In this document: positions 9,472 through 19,444 of the stretch, in pieces
How positions within the stretch are numbered: the first letter of the stretch is position 1
Layout: every line of letters begins with the position of its first letter
Assembly: GCA_965649115.1 (NCBI GenBank)
Contig: CBFGJN010000006.1
Coordinates: 1-50,086, forward strand
Reading direction: 5' to 3'
DNA: 50,086 nucleotides
Source of the DNA: a candidate division WOR-3 bacterium
GTDB taxonomy: Bacteria; Hydrothermota; Hydrothermia; LBFQ01; DSFT01
The notes under the pieces: generated by a model
Told to the model about the DNA's origin: nothing
The model's database searches: none
The model's input: only the letters and a program-made list of their open reading frames with translations
Position numbers and translations under genes: made by a program

Positions 9472-10815
9472 TTCACCAACTTTATAAACATCGCCTGCAC
9501 CAAGTGTTATTATGATAACATCAGAGTTTTTATAGTTCTTTAAATAACCAACTACCTCTTCTTTACTTGAAAATAGTTTAACATTACTATTGTAATTTAG
9601 AAGTTTATTATAAATAAGCTCTGATGAAATACCTAAAATTGGCTTTTCTCCTGCTGAATAAATTGGTAGTAGAATAATTTCGTCTGCTTTGCTCAAAACG
9701 ATAGCAAATTCATTATATAAAAATTTTGTTCTTGTGTATCGATGAGGTTGAAATACAACAACGAGTTTCTTATTAAAATATGTCCTTGCGGTTTTTATAA
9801 CATTTTCAATTTCAGTTGGATGATGTCCATAATCATCAATTATTAAACTTCTGCCAAAATAACCTTTAATTTCAAATCTTCTTCTTACGCCCGTAAATTC
9901 AGATAAACCTTCAATAGCATTTTTTAAATTTAAATCAAGCTCATAGGCAACAGCAATGGCTGAAAGCGAATTTTTTACATTATGAATACCAGGAACTCTT
10001 AAATAAACTTTTGAAATAAATTTCCCATTTATATATAAGTCATAAGATGAACCAAGCTCCTTAAACTCTATATTCTTAGCACTTATAAATGCGTTTTCAT
10101 TTATACCATAGCTTATAACTCTTTTCTCAATAAATGGGAGAATATCTAAGTTGTCCTTTTCATCAACATTTAAAATAACAGCCCCATAAAATGGAACACT
10201 ATTAGCAAAATCAAGAAAAGCTCTTTTAATATCAATCAAATTCTTATAGGTGTCAAGGTGTTCTCTATCTATATTTGTGATGACTGCAATTGAAGGAAAA
10301 AGTTTTAAAAATGATTTATCAGATTCATCAGCTTCCACTACTATAAAATCACTTCTTCCAAGTTTTGCTGTACTTTCAACGCCTTTTAAGATTCCTCCTA
10401 CAACAATTGTTGGGTCAAGTTCTTTTATAGCATAACCTATCATACTTGTAGTTGTTGTCTTACCATGAGCTCCACTTACAGCAATTGAAAACTTTACTCT
10501 CATTATCTCAGATAACATTTCTGCTCTTGGAACTATCGGAATGTTTAATTCTTGCGCTTTTAATAGCTCTGGATTGTCAAAGCTTATAGCAGATGAATAA
10601 ACAACCAAATCCTTATCCAAAACGTTTTTTTCATTATGCTCATAATAAACTTTTATCCCCAGATTTTCAAGTCTTATTGTTGTTTCTTTCCTTGAAATAT
10701 CAGAACCACTAATTATAAAACCCATATTATGTAAAACTTCAGCTATACCACTCATTCCCGTACCACCAATTCCAACAAAGTGAATTTTCCTATATCTTGT
10801 TTTAAGAAGAACCAT
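9451..10815 (-). CDS. murC: UDP-N-acetylmuramate-L-alanine ligase
   Basis: GIGGTGMSGIA, HGKTTT, EADESD, DDYGHHPTE and FQPHRYTR. Confidence 0.96.
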   Translation of the reverse strand: MVLLKTRYRKIHFVGIGGTGMSGIAEVLHNMGFIISGSDISRKETTIRLENLGIKVYYEHNEKNVLDKDLVVYSSAISFDNPELLKAQELNIPIVPRAEMLSEIMRVKFSIAVSGAHGKTTTTSMIGYAIKELDPTIVVGGILKGVESTAKLGRSDFIVVEADESDKSFLKLFPSIAVITNIDREHLDTYKNLIDIKRAFLDFANSVPFYGAVILNVDEKDNLDILPFIEKRVISYGINENAFISAKNIEFKELGSSYDLYINGKFISKVYLRVPGIHNVKNSLSAIAVAYELDLNLKNAIEGLSEFTGVRRRFEIKGYFGRSLIIDDYGHHPTEIENVIKTARTYFNKKLVVVFQPHRYTRTKFLYNEFAIVLSKADEIILLPIYSAGEKPILGISSELIYNKLLNYNSNVKLFSSKEEVVGYLKNYKNSDVIIITLGAGDVYKVGELLLSEQ

Positions 10816-10849
10816 TTAGAAATTTTAAAGTTTAACTTAAAATATATAT

Positions 10850-11053
10850 TGCTGTGTCCAAAAATTCTGGAATTATTTATTTTTCTTTATTTTCCCACCC
10901 GCCCTAAATAAAAGCCTTCGGCTTTAAAATACCCATTTTTTGCTTTGGGGGGCGAAGCCCCCCTAATAATCCCCCCATAAAATCTATAATTTCCTCAAAG
11001 CTTTTATAAGTCATTGATAATCAAGGATTTAACAATAATTATTGGACAAAGCA
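10850..11053 (-). mobile_element. IS903-like MITE, 204 bp, TSD AATATATAT
   Basis: TIRs TGCTGTGTCCA / TGGACAAAGCA; AATATATAT at 10841-10849 and 11054-11062. Confidence 0.9.
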
Positions 11054-11062
11054 AATATATAT

Positions 11063-11180
11063 TGTTGTACTTTTCCCACCCACCCTGATAATAAGCCTTT
11101 GGCTTAAAAATACCCCTATTTAAGTTCTTTCTACTAGACAAAGCAAAATATATTGCCCTGTCTAATAATTCTAAAATTTG
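11063..11180 (-). mobile_element. Two degenerate MITE copies (11063-11145 and an end at 11154)
   Basis: CCCACCCACCC, AAGCCTTTGGCTT, TAGACAAAGCA, spacer AAATATAT, then TGCCCTGTCTAATAAT. Confidence 0.75.
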
Positions 11181-11194
11181 GAAAAATAAGAATT

Positions 11195-12493
11195 TTAAAA
11201 TGCTTGACCAGATGAAAATGATATAACACCATTATTGGCATAGTCAATTCTAAAAACAGGAACAGATGTTCTCGTTAATTGAATTCTTAATCCAATACCA
11301 TAAACCGATATTCTACTTCCCCAATAGGCAAAGTCATAAAAAAATAAAGGTCCAAAAGCTAATAAATTAAAAATTTCATTTGTATAAAATCTTATTTCAA
11401 ACGAAGTTCTATAAACTTTATTAGAAAAGTTTTCAAAGTAATTTAATCCTCTAATTCCCATAATTCCTCCTACCCAAAACCCTTTTGTTGAAGATGTGTC
11501 CTTTATATCCATATAATTAAAACCATTATATAAAGCAAAAGTTATAAAATAAAATGGTTTATAGTAAAATGAGTTTGAAAGAACAACGTAGTTATAGCTT
11601 GGATTTATTTCAAATTCAAGTCTTAAATTGGATAATGTTTTTTCTTTAAGGAATGAAAATGAACTTATAAAACTTATAAAATCCTTACCAATAGCAATGT
11701 AGCTCCCAAAACCTTTACTAAATGCTTCTTCTTTTGCAAAATTATTGACATTCTTTAAGAATCCAAAATTTATATTAGAAAAACTATAACCGAGAATTGG
11801 TCTAAAATCTCTAAAAATTCTAAACCCTAAAAATGGTTCATTTTTGGGATTTTTGAAGTTGTATCCTACATTTAAACCAGTGACATTATAAATTTTATCT
11901 AAATAGTTATTTCTAATTATCCAAAAATAATATGAAAATCCCTTAATTCCCCTACAAGTGCTTTTTGATGACTGAAAATAAAAATTTTTTTCTAAATTTG
12001 TAATTTTTGAATAATAATCAAATGTAATTAATTTTATTAATGAACTTGAAGAAAAACCTCCTTCAATACCCTTGTATTCAGAGCTATTTGTAAAAGAAAC
12101 TCTACTCCATGTTCCTGTTCCTAATAAATTTAAGTCTTGAATTCCAAAATCAAATTTTCCTTCACTTCCTGAGCCTTCAACATTTAAGTAAATTCCAAGT
12201 GTCCAAACATCTTTTGTTATAATTTTAACATTAATAGTATCACCATTTATCTCTTTCAAAATATCAACTGAATAAAACAAACCCGTGGATAACAATTTTG
12301 ATTTAATATCTGTAAGTATTGTTGTATCATTTAAAATTGAGCCTTTTTCAATAGGAATCATATTTGCTATTACGAAGGCTTTTGTTTTAAAATGTAATTT
12401 ATTTAGAATTTTATAAGTTCCATAATTTTCATCAAATATATTTTTCGTTATAATTTCTACATTTCCAACAATGTAAGATATTACAATTAGCAT
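11195..12493 (-). CDS. Omp85/BamA-TamA-like outer membrane protein
   Basis: POTRA-like N-part (LLSTGLF), NLLGTG, IRG loop, C-terminal Phe (GQAF). Confidence 0.7.
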   Translation of the reverse strand: MLIVISYIVGNVEIITKNIFDENYGTYKILNKLHFKTKAFVIANMIPIEKGSILNDTTILTDIKSKLLSTGLFYSVDILKEINGDTINVKIITKDVWTLGIYLNVEGSGSEGKFDFGIQDLNLLGTGTWSRVSFTNSSEYKGIEGGFSSSSLIKLITFDYYSKITNLEKNFYFQSSKSTCRGIKGFSYYFWIIRNNYLDKIYNVTGLNVGYNFKNPKNEPFLGFRIFRDFRPILGYSFSNINFGFLKNVNNFAKEEAFSKGFGSYIAIGKDFISFISSFSFLKEKTLSNLRLEFEINPSYNYVVLSNSFYYKPFYFITFALYNGFNYMDIKDTSSTKGFWVGGIMGIRGLNYFENFSNKVYRTSFEIRFYTNEIFNLLAFGPLFFYDFAYWGSRISVYGIGLRIQLTRTSVPVFRIDYANNGVISFSSGQAF

Positions 12494-13852
12494 TTATAGT
12501 TTTGAAACCCAATTTTCAATAGGTTCAAGGTGAGCTGTAAAATGCCTTAAATACTTTGATTCTTTAATAATTCTCATTCCTTTTATTAATTGTTTCTTTT
12601 TCTTAATTTGTTCAAAAACCTCAATTACATATTCCAAATGACTTTTCGTATAAACTCTCCTAGGAATAGCAAGTCTAACAAAATCATATTTAGCATCCTT
12701 GAACATAAATTTTCCAACCTCAACAGCTCTTATCCCACCTTCAATATATAGAGCAACTACTAAACTTTGTCCAGGAAATTCGTTTTCATCTATATTTTCT
12801 AAAAACCTTTTTGCTTCAACATAAACTGCATGTCCTCCAAAAGGTTTCATAACTGGAATTCCTAATTTATCTAATCCTTGTAATAAAAATTTAACTTGTT
12901 CAATTCTATGTCTTAAATAGTTTTCATCAGTACTTTCAAAAAGTCCGATAGCAATAATTTCTAAATCTCTTCCTGCCAAACCTCCATAAGTTGGAAAACC
13001 TTCAAATAAAATAAGATAATTTTTAAGTTCATTAGCAATTTCTTCATCATCTAATGCTATAAATCCACCAATATGATTTAATCCATCTTTCTTAGCACTA
13101 AATGTTATAATATCCCCATAACTTAATGTTTCATTTATAATTTCAAGAATTGTTTTTTTTGAGTAATCCTTATCTCTTAACTTTACTAAATAACTATTTT
13201 CTGAAATTCTACAAGCATCAATCATAAGTTTAACATTATATTTTTTACACATTTCTTTTGCTTCTTTAACATTTTTTGGACTTACCGCTTGACCACCTCC
13301 TGAATTGTTCGTTATTGTTAAAACAACAAGTTTTACTTTGTCTTTAAATTTTTTCATTAATTCTTCAAGTTTATTTAAGTCTATATTTCCTTTAAATGGA
13401 TATTCACTTTCTAAATCGTGCTCTTCTGGAATATCGTAAATTATAGCACCTTTGTACTCAAAATTTGCTCTTGTTGTATCAAAAAGTGTATTTGAAATAA
13501 CGATATCTCCACTTTTTATAAAATGTTCAGCTATGATTTTTTCACCTGCTCTTCCTTGATGAACAGGGATAACTTGCTTTTTGTTTGTAAATTTAATAAC
13601 AGCTTCTTGAAATTTATAATAACTTTCAGAACCAGCATAACTCTCATCTCCAAGCATCATAGCAGATAATTGATACTTACTAAGTGCAGATGTGCCACTA
13701 TCCGTTAATAAATCAATTGTTATAACACTTGAAGGAAGTAAAAAGACATTATAGTGAGCATTTTTAATATAGTTTAATCTTTCTTCTTTTTTAGTAATAG
13801 GAATAGGTTCAACAACTTTTATTTTATATGGTTCAAATTTCAAATTATCCAA
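12494..13852 (-). CDS. tnaA: Tryptophanase (beta-eliminating lyase), TTG start
   Basis: DLLTDSG, SAKKDG, EGFPTYGGL, RLAIPRRVYT; LRHFTA favours TnaA over tyrosine phenol-lyase (LRFFTA). Confidence 0.88.
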   Translation of the reverse strand: MDNLKFEPYKIKVVEPIPITKKEERLNYIKNAHYNVFLLPSSVITIDLLTDSGTSALSKYQLSAMMLGDESYAGSESYYKFQEAVIKFTNKKQVIPVHQGRAGEKIIAEHFIKSGDIVISNTLFDTTRANFEYKGAIIYDIPEEHDLESEYPFKGNIDLNKLEELMKKFKDKVKLVVLTITNNSGGGQAVSPKNVKEAKEMCKKYNVKLMIDACRISENSYLVKLRDKDYSKKTILEIINETLSYGDIITFSAKKDGLNHIGGFIALDDEEIANELKNYLILFEGFPTYGGLAGRDLEIIAIGLFESTDENYLRHRIEQVKFLLQGLDKLGIPVMKPFGGHAVYVEAKRFLENIDENEFPGQSLVVALYIEGGIRAVEVGKFMFKDAKYDFVRLAIPRRVYTKSHLEYVIEVFEQIKKKKQLIKGMRIIKESKYLRHFTAHLEPIENWVSKL

Positions 13853-13889
13853 GGATTGAAAATTTTAAAGTTATCAAATTTAATAAGTT

Positions 13890-14057
13890 GGCTTTGTCTA
13901 GTAATTTGGAAATATAGATTATTTCTTATTTTTTTCCCACCCACCCTATAAATAAGGCTTTGCCCCCCATTAGATCCCCCATAAAATCAATAGTTTTATT
14001 GAAATTTTCGTAAGTCATTGATAATCAAGCATTTAGCAATAATTACTGGACAAAGCA
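13890..14057 (-). mobile_element. IS903-like MITE, 168 bp, TSD TAATAAGTT
   Basis: TIRs GGCTTTGTCTAGTAAT / ATTACTGGACAAAGCA; TAATAAGTT at 13881-13889 and 14058-14066. Confidence 0.9.
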
Positions 14058-14066
14058 TAATAAGTT

Positions 14067-14167
14067 TGCATTGTCCAATAATCCTTTATTTTCCCACCCG
14101 CCCTGAAATTAAGCCCAAGTGTAGAAAATATAGAAAAATAAATACTTTCAAAATTCCTAGACAAGTT
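14067..14167 (-). mobile_element. Degenerate MITE copy
   Basis: TGCATTGTCCAATAAT ... CCCACCCGCCC ... CTAGACAAGTT. Confidence 0.7.
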
Positions 14168-14220
14168 AATTTTTTATCCTTTAAAATTTTTAATTTGTTG
14201 TCAAATCACTTTTTAAATTA

Positions 14221-14249
14221 TTGCTTATACACCAAAAGGGCGATATTTT
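14221..14249 (+). promoter_or_regulatory. Sigma70-like promoter TTGCTT-N17-TATTTT
   Basis: 17-nt spacer; -10 ends 6 nt before ATG 14256. Confidence 0.4.
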
Positions 14250-14255
14250 ATATAG

Positions 14256-14675
14256 ATGGCCCTTTTAATTTTAACCTTAATACCACAATTAGAGAAAGAG
14301 GGGGGAATAACTGTCCAAGGTTCCAGATTGACAAATGAAACCGTAGAAAGCTGGATATCTGTAAAGGAAAACGGATTCTATTTGAAATACCTAACATACC
14401 AAGACAATATCAACAAAGTTTCTCTAACTCTAAAAGGAAAAGGGAAATACATAGTAAATGTATATGTAAGTAGAGATGGTGATTACTACTATTATAGATT
14501 TCCAATAGAACTTCAAGAAGGTCCAAAAAACTTCACTTTTGAATTGAAGGATGGTATTCAAATGGGTTTTGGTATGCCAGAATTTCCAGGTTCAAAAATG
14601 CCAAGTAAAATTATAATTACACCTGAGGAAAACAACAACATTGAAATTCAAGTTTTAAAAACAATAATAGAATAA
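14256..14675 (+). CDS. Hypothetical exported beta-rich protein
   Basis: Short hydrophobic N-terminus; co-oriented with the next gene. Confidence 0.7.
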   Translation: MALLILTLIPQLEKEGGITVQGSRLTNETVESWISVKENGFYLKYLTYQDNINKVSLTLKGKGKYIVNVYVSRDGDYYYYRFPIELQEGPKNFTFELKDGIQMGFGMPEFPGSKMPSKIIITPEENNNIEIQVLKTIIE

Positions 14676-14687
14676 GGAGGATTGAAC

Positions 14688-16070
14688 ATGATTTTAGCAA
14701 TGATTTTAGATGCTCCATTTTCAACTAATGTTAAAGTTTCAAATTGGAATGTCTCAACTTCAAAAGACCAACTTGAAGTTAGCATCACTAAATCTTCAAA
14801 ATGGATAGTCACATCTTGGATAGATACAGATTGGTCATCTTTCTTTTCTGCCAATGACTTAGCAGTAAGTTCAGATGGTGGTTCAACTTGGAAGTTTGTA
14901 ACTTATTATAAACCACCAGATTATCAGAATTGTTGGATAGGTGATCCTTACGTTGCATCTGAACCTTCAAATCCGGATAAGTTCTATTGGGTAGGTATGA
15001 TTTATTGTAATCCTAACAATCCAAAAGGTGAAATATATTTTTGTACTAATAATTCAACACCAGATAATGCTTCTAATTGGACTTGTAAAATCCTTCCTCC
15101 AAATGATAATTGGGCATATTTCAAGGATAAACCAAATATAATAGCTCTTGGTAATGGAATAGTACTTATAAATTATACAACTGACAAGTACGGAAATTAT
15201 GAAATTTTAATTGCAAGATCAAGTGATTATGGAAATACTTGGAGCACAATAAGACCATCCGCAGGCATTGTTTCAACAGTCGCTTATTTCTCAATATACG
15301 GTTCAACAATATATCTATCTCAAAATAATTTCAATTCAGGATTAAGAATAGATGTAAGAAAATCAACAAATGGCGGTTTGAACTGGTCATTTGTTTCAAG
15401 TCCAGCAACGATTTCAACTGGTTCATATGGAACTTCTTGTAGATATTTCAAAAGACCAGCTAAAATTCATTCAAATATAACAGCTTATTCAAACAAAATT
15501 GCAGTTTCTTATGTTAGCGACTATAATGGATATTGTAATGTTGCAGTCGCTTATTCAAGTGATGGTGGTTCAACATGGACAAGAAAATTTATATATCCAT
15601 CTTCAAGAGATCAGGTTTTGCCTATGATAGCTTCATCAAGGAATGGATACTTATATGTAATGTGGCAAGAATTGTACAGTTCAACTTATTCAACATGGAG
15701 AACTATGTTTTCATATTCAACAAATTGGTCATCATTCTCTACACCTTCAAGAGTTTCAGACCATAATTATAAATTTAATCAAAATCCAGCAGGACACGAT
15801 TATAATGGTTTATTCATTGATAATAGCGGTGTTTATGCAATATGGGCAAATGACTACTATACTGATGATGCTGGACTTGTATGGTTCTCCAAAGCAACAT
15901 CATCAATTCCACTAGCTAACATAAGTGAAAATAAAATTGATTATACTAATGCAAAAATTTATTCAATTGACGGAAAGCTTTTAGGAAACTATAATTCTAA
16001 AAGTAATTTAAAACCTGGTATTTACATAATAAAATCGGAGAAAATATCCAAGGTTTCTGTGATTAAATAA
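14688..16070 (+). CDS. BNR/Asp-box (sialidase-like) beta-propeller protein with T9SS-like C-terminal domain
   Basis: Repeated SSDGGSTW-type boxes; C-terminus IYSIDGKLL..LKPGIYIIK; SD AAGGAGG at 14674-14680 fixes the start at 14688. Confidence 0.8.
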   Translation: MILAMILDAPFSTNVKVSNWNVSTSKDQLEVSITKSSKWIVTSWIDTDWSSFFSANDLAVSSDGGSTWKFVTYYKPPDYQNCWIGDPYVASEPSNPDKFYWVGMIYCNPNNPKGEIYFCTNNSTPDNASNWTCKILPPNDNWAYFKDKPNIIALGNGIVLINYTTDKYGNYEILIARSSDYGNTWSTIRPSAGIVSTVAYFSIYGSTIYLSQNNFNSGLRIDVRKSTNGGLNWSFVSSPATISTGSYGTSCRYFKRPAKIHSNITAYSNKIAVSYVSDYNGYCNVAVAYSSDGGSTWTRKFIYPSSRDQVLPMIASSRNGYLYVMWQELYSSTYSTWRTMFSYSTNWSSFSTPSRVSDHNYKFNQNPAGHDYNGLFIDNSGVYAIWANDYYTDDAGLVWFSKATSSIPLANISENKIDYTNAKIYSIDGKLLGNYNSKSNLKPGIYIIKSEKISKVSVIK

Positions 16071-16088
16071 GGGGGGTTATTTCCCCCT
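16070..16088. terminator. Small hairpin between convergent genes
   Basis: AGGGGG-GTTATTT-CCCCCT; no good U-tract. Confidence 0.25.
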
Positions 16089-16331
16089 AAAAAATAATAT
16101 TAAAATCAACAAAATAAAATTAATTACTTGTAAAATCAATAAAATTCTTATCCAAAATAAGATAATGTTAAATTTTTCATTAAATTGGGACAAAATTTTA
16201 TCAAGCTTAATTTCAACACCTTTTATTATTTCTAATAAATTATCAGTTTTTTTATCTTCTTGAAATTTTGTTGCAACTTGAACTGCACTTGGCAATATAC
16301 TTATTAAAAAATCAATAATTTTTTTAAACAT
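16077..16331 (-). CDS. Small hypothetical protein with a C-terminal transmembrane helix
   Basis: Overlaps the gcvPA stop; hydrophobic C-terminus. Confidence 0.7.
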   Translation of the reverse strand: MFKKIIDFLISILPSAVQVATKFQEDKKTDNLLEIIKGVEIKLDKILSQFNEKFNIILFWIRILLILQVINFILLILILFFRGK

Positions 16332-17643
16332 CTTTTAAAATTTCAGCTAATTCATCAATTTCTTCTTTCTTTCTTTTTTCACTAACAGCTATTAATAAGT
16401 AGTTATCTCCAAGCAATCTAACCTCTGGACCTACTAAGAATCCTTTTTTAGCACATTCAAAAATAACTTCTTTTGCTTTTTTATTTGTTTTTATTACAAA
16501 TTCCCTAAATGTTGGACTATCAAACACAAGTTTATGTTTTAACTTCTCTTTTAAATACTCGGCCTTGTTAAAAATAAGTTTTGCTAATTTTTTTAGCCCT
16601 TCTTTACCCATTAATGTTAAATATATACAAACAGCAGTTGCTATTAATTGTTGGTTAGTACATATATTACTAGTTGCTTTTGCTCTCCTTATGTGTTGTT
16701 CTCTTGCTTGAAGTGTTGTTACAAAACCTCTCCTTCCATATTTATCTTGTGTCAATGCAACAATTCTACCTGGCATTTGTCTAATATATTCCTTTCTTGA
16801 AGTAAATAGTCCAACATAAGGACCACCAAATGACAATGGAATACCAAGCGATTGTCCTTCACCAACAGCAATATCGCTACCGTACTCACCTGGTGGCGAT
16901 AAAATAGCTAAACTAACAGGGTCAAAAACACTTATCAAAAGAACATCCTTTGATTTTACAATATCCCTAATTTCAAAAACTTCCTCAACAATTCCAAAAT
17001 AATTTGGATTTTGAATTACAACACTTGCTGTCATATCATCAATTAAACTCCTTAATTGGCTTAAATCAATCCTTCCATAATTATCAAAATTAACTTCTAC
17101 TATATTAGCTTCTATATTTTGTAAATAAGTTTTTAAAACCTCCTTATAAGATGGATTTAAGTTTTTAGGAATTATAACTTTATATTTGTTTTTTATCCTA
17201 AAACTCATCAAAACTGCTTCAGCAAGTGCAGTTGCTCCATCATATACTGAAGCATTTGAAACATCCATCTTTGTAAGCTCACATATTAGTGATTGAAATT
17301 CAAACATTACTTGAAGTGTCCCTTGGCTTACCTCAGGTTGATAAGGTGTATAAGCGGTATAAAATTCACTTCTTAATAGTAATTGACCTAGTGAAGAAGG
17401 TGTAAAACAATCATAAGCTCCACCACCTGCAAAAATTTTAAAAATTTTATTTAGATTTCCAAGATTTTCAATATATTCTCTTGCTTCCTCTTCGCTCAGG
17501 GCAGGAGGTAGTTTAAAATCATCAAGTTCTAAATTTTTTGGAATTTTTGATTTATAAAAAACTTCTAAATCATGATATCCAAGATAATTTAAAATTTCCT
17601 TAATTTCATTATCACTAAGTCCAAAATAGTGCCTTGCAAACAA
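16324..17643 (-). CDS. gcvPA: Glycine dehydrogenase (decarboxylating) subunit 1, TTG start
   Basis: FYTAYTPYQPEVSQG, FGGP and REQHIRRAKATSNICTN. Confidence 0.95.
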   Translation of the reverse strand: MFARHYFGLSDNEIKEILNYLGYHDLEVFYKSKIPKNLELDDFKLPPALSEEEAREYIENLGNLNKIFKIFAGGGAYDCFTPSSLGQLLLRSEFYTAYTPYQPEVSQGTLQVMFEFQSLICELTKMDVSNASVYDGATALAEAVLMSFRIKNKYKVIIPKNLNPSYKEVLKTYLQNIEANIVEVNFDNYGRIDLSQLRSLIDDMTASVVIQNPNYFGIVEEVFEIRDIVKSKDVLLISVFDPVSLAILSPPGEYGSDIAVGEGQSLGIPLSFGGPYVGLFTSRKEYIRQMPGRIVALTQDKYGRRGFVTTLQAREQHIRRAKATSNICTNQQLIATAVCIYLTLMGKEGLKKLAKLIFNKAEYLKEKLKHKLVFDSPTFREFVIKTNKKAKEVIFECAKKGFLVGPEVRLLGDNYLLIAVSEKRKKEEIDELAEILKDV

Positions 17644-17644
17644 G

Positions 17645-17717
17645 AGCCGTTGGCCGGACTCGAACCGGCAACCTGGGCATTACGAATGCCCCGCTCTGCC
17701 AATTGAGCTACAACGGC
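17645..17717 (-). tRNA. tRNA-Thr(CGT), CCA not encoded
   Basis: Acceptor stem GCCGTTG/CAACGGC; anticodon arm GGGCA-TTCGTAA-TGCCC; GTTCGAG T-loop. Confidence 0.95.
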
Positions 17718-17753
17718 AAGTTCTAAATTTTAAAGTATTAAAAAGTTTTCTTG

Positions 17754-17840
17754 TGCTTTGTCTAGTAATTCTAAAATTATTTATTTTTTGCCCACCCATC
17801 CTTAAATTTAAAAACCCCTTATAAAATCAATAATTCCAAT
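17754..17840 (-). mobile_element. Partial MITE
   Basis: TGCTTTGTCTAGTAATTCT then CCCACCCATCC. Confidence 0.75.
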
Positions 17841-18251
17841 TCAAATATCAAATATAATTATTGTCTCAAATTTATTATTAACTTTTTTTATTTCCAATTT
17901 ATGGTACGTAGGGCTTTTGATACCTGTTCCAATTTTATGTTTTTTTGGATTATAGAATTCTCCCATAGCTTTATACTTTAAATAATTTTCAGAAACTTCA
18001 ACCTCAAAACATCTTAATATAATTGCTTTAACATCAAACTCATAAATTAATTTTTCTAAAAATAGATATAGAAGCTCGTTTAGATCATTAGCATAAATTT
18101 CTCCAATAATAACTTCTTTACATTCAACATCATCCAAATTTTCACATATAATTTTAAACATTCCATATCCTGCCTTTTCAAAAAGTTCATTTATATTATC
18201 ACTTACTATTCTAATACCGATATCAGCAGTATGTTCAATGAACTCTATCAT
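17841..18251 (-). CDS. Archease
   Basis: EHTADIG, IKSPTYH and C-terminal FDI. Confidence 0.92.
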   Translation of the reverse strand: MIEFIEHTADIGIRIVSDNINELFEKAGYGMFKIICENLDDVECKEVIIGEIYANDLNELLYLFLEKLIYEFDVKAIILRCFEVEVSENYLKYKAMGEFYNPKKHKIGTGIKSPTYHKLEIKKVNNKFETIIIFDI

Positions 18252-18669
18252 AAATCTCAGCTTTTAAAATTCTTATATAATTCTCAAAATTATCAATATC
18301 AATACTTGGATTTACAATAATTTTTTTAAATTTTGAGTCAAGAATCTCCTCTTCTTCTAAAAGAAACTTATCCTCCCTCAATTCAACTACTAAATTTAAA
18401 ATTGAGCTATCTTTAACAACTTCTATACCATAAGTTTTAACAATATCAATAAATCCAAAATTTCTAAGATGAGCTATGAACTTTCCATTATTAAAGGCAA
18501 CAATTCTTGAAAAACTATCTTTCTTGAAAATAACAAGGTCATCTGAGATAAAAAAATGTCCTCTATTCAAAAGCTTTAATAAAAGTGTTGTCTTTCCAAT
18601 ACCACTCTTGCCTTTTATAAACAATCCCATTCCAAATACCTCAACAAAACTTCCATGTAGTCCAATCAC
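18235..18669 (-). CDS. Stand-alone HPr kinase/phosphorylase-like catalytic domain
   Basis: LHG, GKSGIGKT and SDD; lacks the HprK N-terminal domain. Confidence 0.75.
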   Translation of the reverse strand: MIGLHGSFVEVFGMGLFIKGKSGIGKTTLLLKLLNRGHFFISDDLVIFKKDSFSRIVAFNNGKFIAHLRNFGFIDIVKTYGIEVVKDSSILNLVVELREDKFLLEEEEILDSKFKKIIVNPSIDIDNFENYIRILKAEIYDRVH

Positions 18670-18728
18670 TCTAAAATTTTAAAGTAGAAATGAAGGCATT
18701 AAGAATATAACTTTAAAATTTAGAACTT

Positions 18729-19202
18729 ATGGAAGAAAAAATTAAGGAATTTATGAGAAATGTTCCACAAGCAGTATTCATAGCTATTGCTAAAAGTCCA
18801 AAAGGATTAAGTGGATTAACAATAAGTTCATTTGAATTAGTTTCTTTAAAACCAACAATAACATTAATTTCAATAGATAAAAATGCTGAAAGTTTAGAAA
18901 CATTTATTAGAGCAGTTGGATGGACTATAAGTTTATTAAGTGATGAACAAGAGGAATTTTCAAGACTATTTTCAAATAAAGAAGTTAGTCAATCTGAGAG
19001 ATTTAAAATAAATTATCCCAAAAGCTCGTTTTTAAAAATTCCATACATTAATAATTGTATAGGTTATTTAGAATGTTTGTATTACAAGCATTTTGAAATT
19101 GGAGACCATTTTATATTTTTTGGTAAGGTTGTGAATGTTGAAATTATAAACGAAAAGAAGCCTTTAATTTATTACAAAAGAAGTTATCATAAAGTCCTAT
19201 GA
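18729..19202 (+). CDS. Flavin reductase-like protein
   Basis: GLTISSF..VSLKP, GDH and KPLIYY. Confidence 0.88.
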   Translation: MEEKIKEFMRNVPQAVFIAIAKSPKGLSGLTISSFELVSLKPTITLISIDKNAESLETFIRAVGWTISLLSDEQEEFSRLFSNKEVSQSERFKINYPKSSFLKIPYINNCIGYLECLYYKHFEIGDHFIFFGKVVNVEIINEKKPLIYYKRSYHKVL

Positions 19203-19444
19203 AATACTATAAAATTAGTGAAGTTTCAAAATTAACAGGTGTTCCTCCCGAAACGATAAGATATTGGGAAAAAAGGGGTCTCATAAAACCTGATAGAAAA
19301 TTTGGTAATAGAAGATTTTATACCTACAAAACAATTAAAAAAATCATTGAAATTGTTGAAAGTAAAGAAAAAACGAAGATAAAATCATCAAAAACTATAA
19401 AAGAAGAATTAAAGGAAATTTTGAAAATTCTAAAAGATATTTAA
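19199..19444 (+). CDS. MerR-family HTH protein
   Basis: YKISEVS..TIRYWE..GNRRFY. Confidence 0.88.
   Translation: MKYYKISEVSKLTGVPPETIRYWEKRGLIKPDRKFGNRRFYTYKTIKKIIEIVESKEKTKIKSSKTIKEELKEILKILKDI

Noticed and set aside
14018..14338. 106-aa ORF
   Set aside because: Built mostly from MITE and promoter DNA, and out of frame with the 14256 gene.
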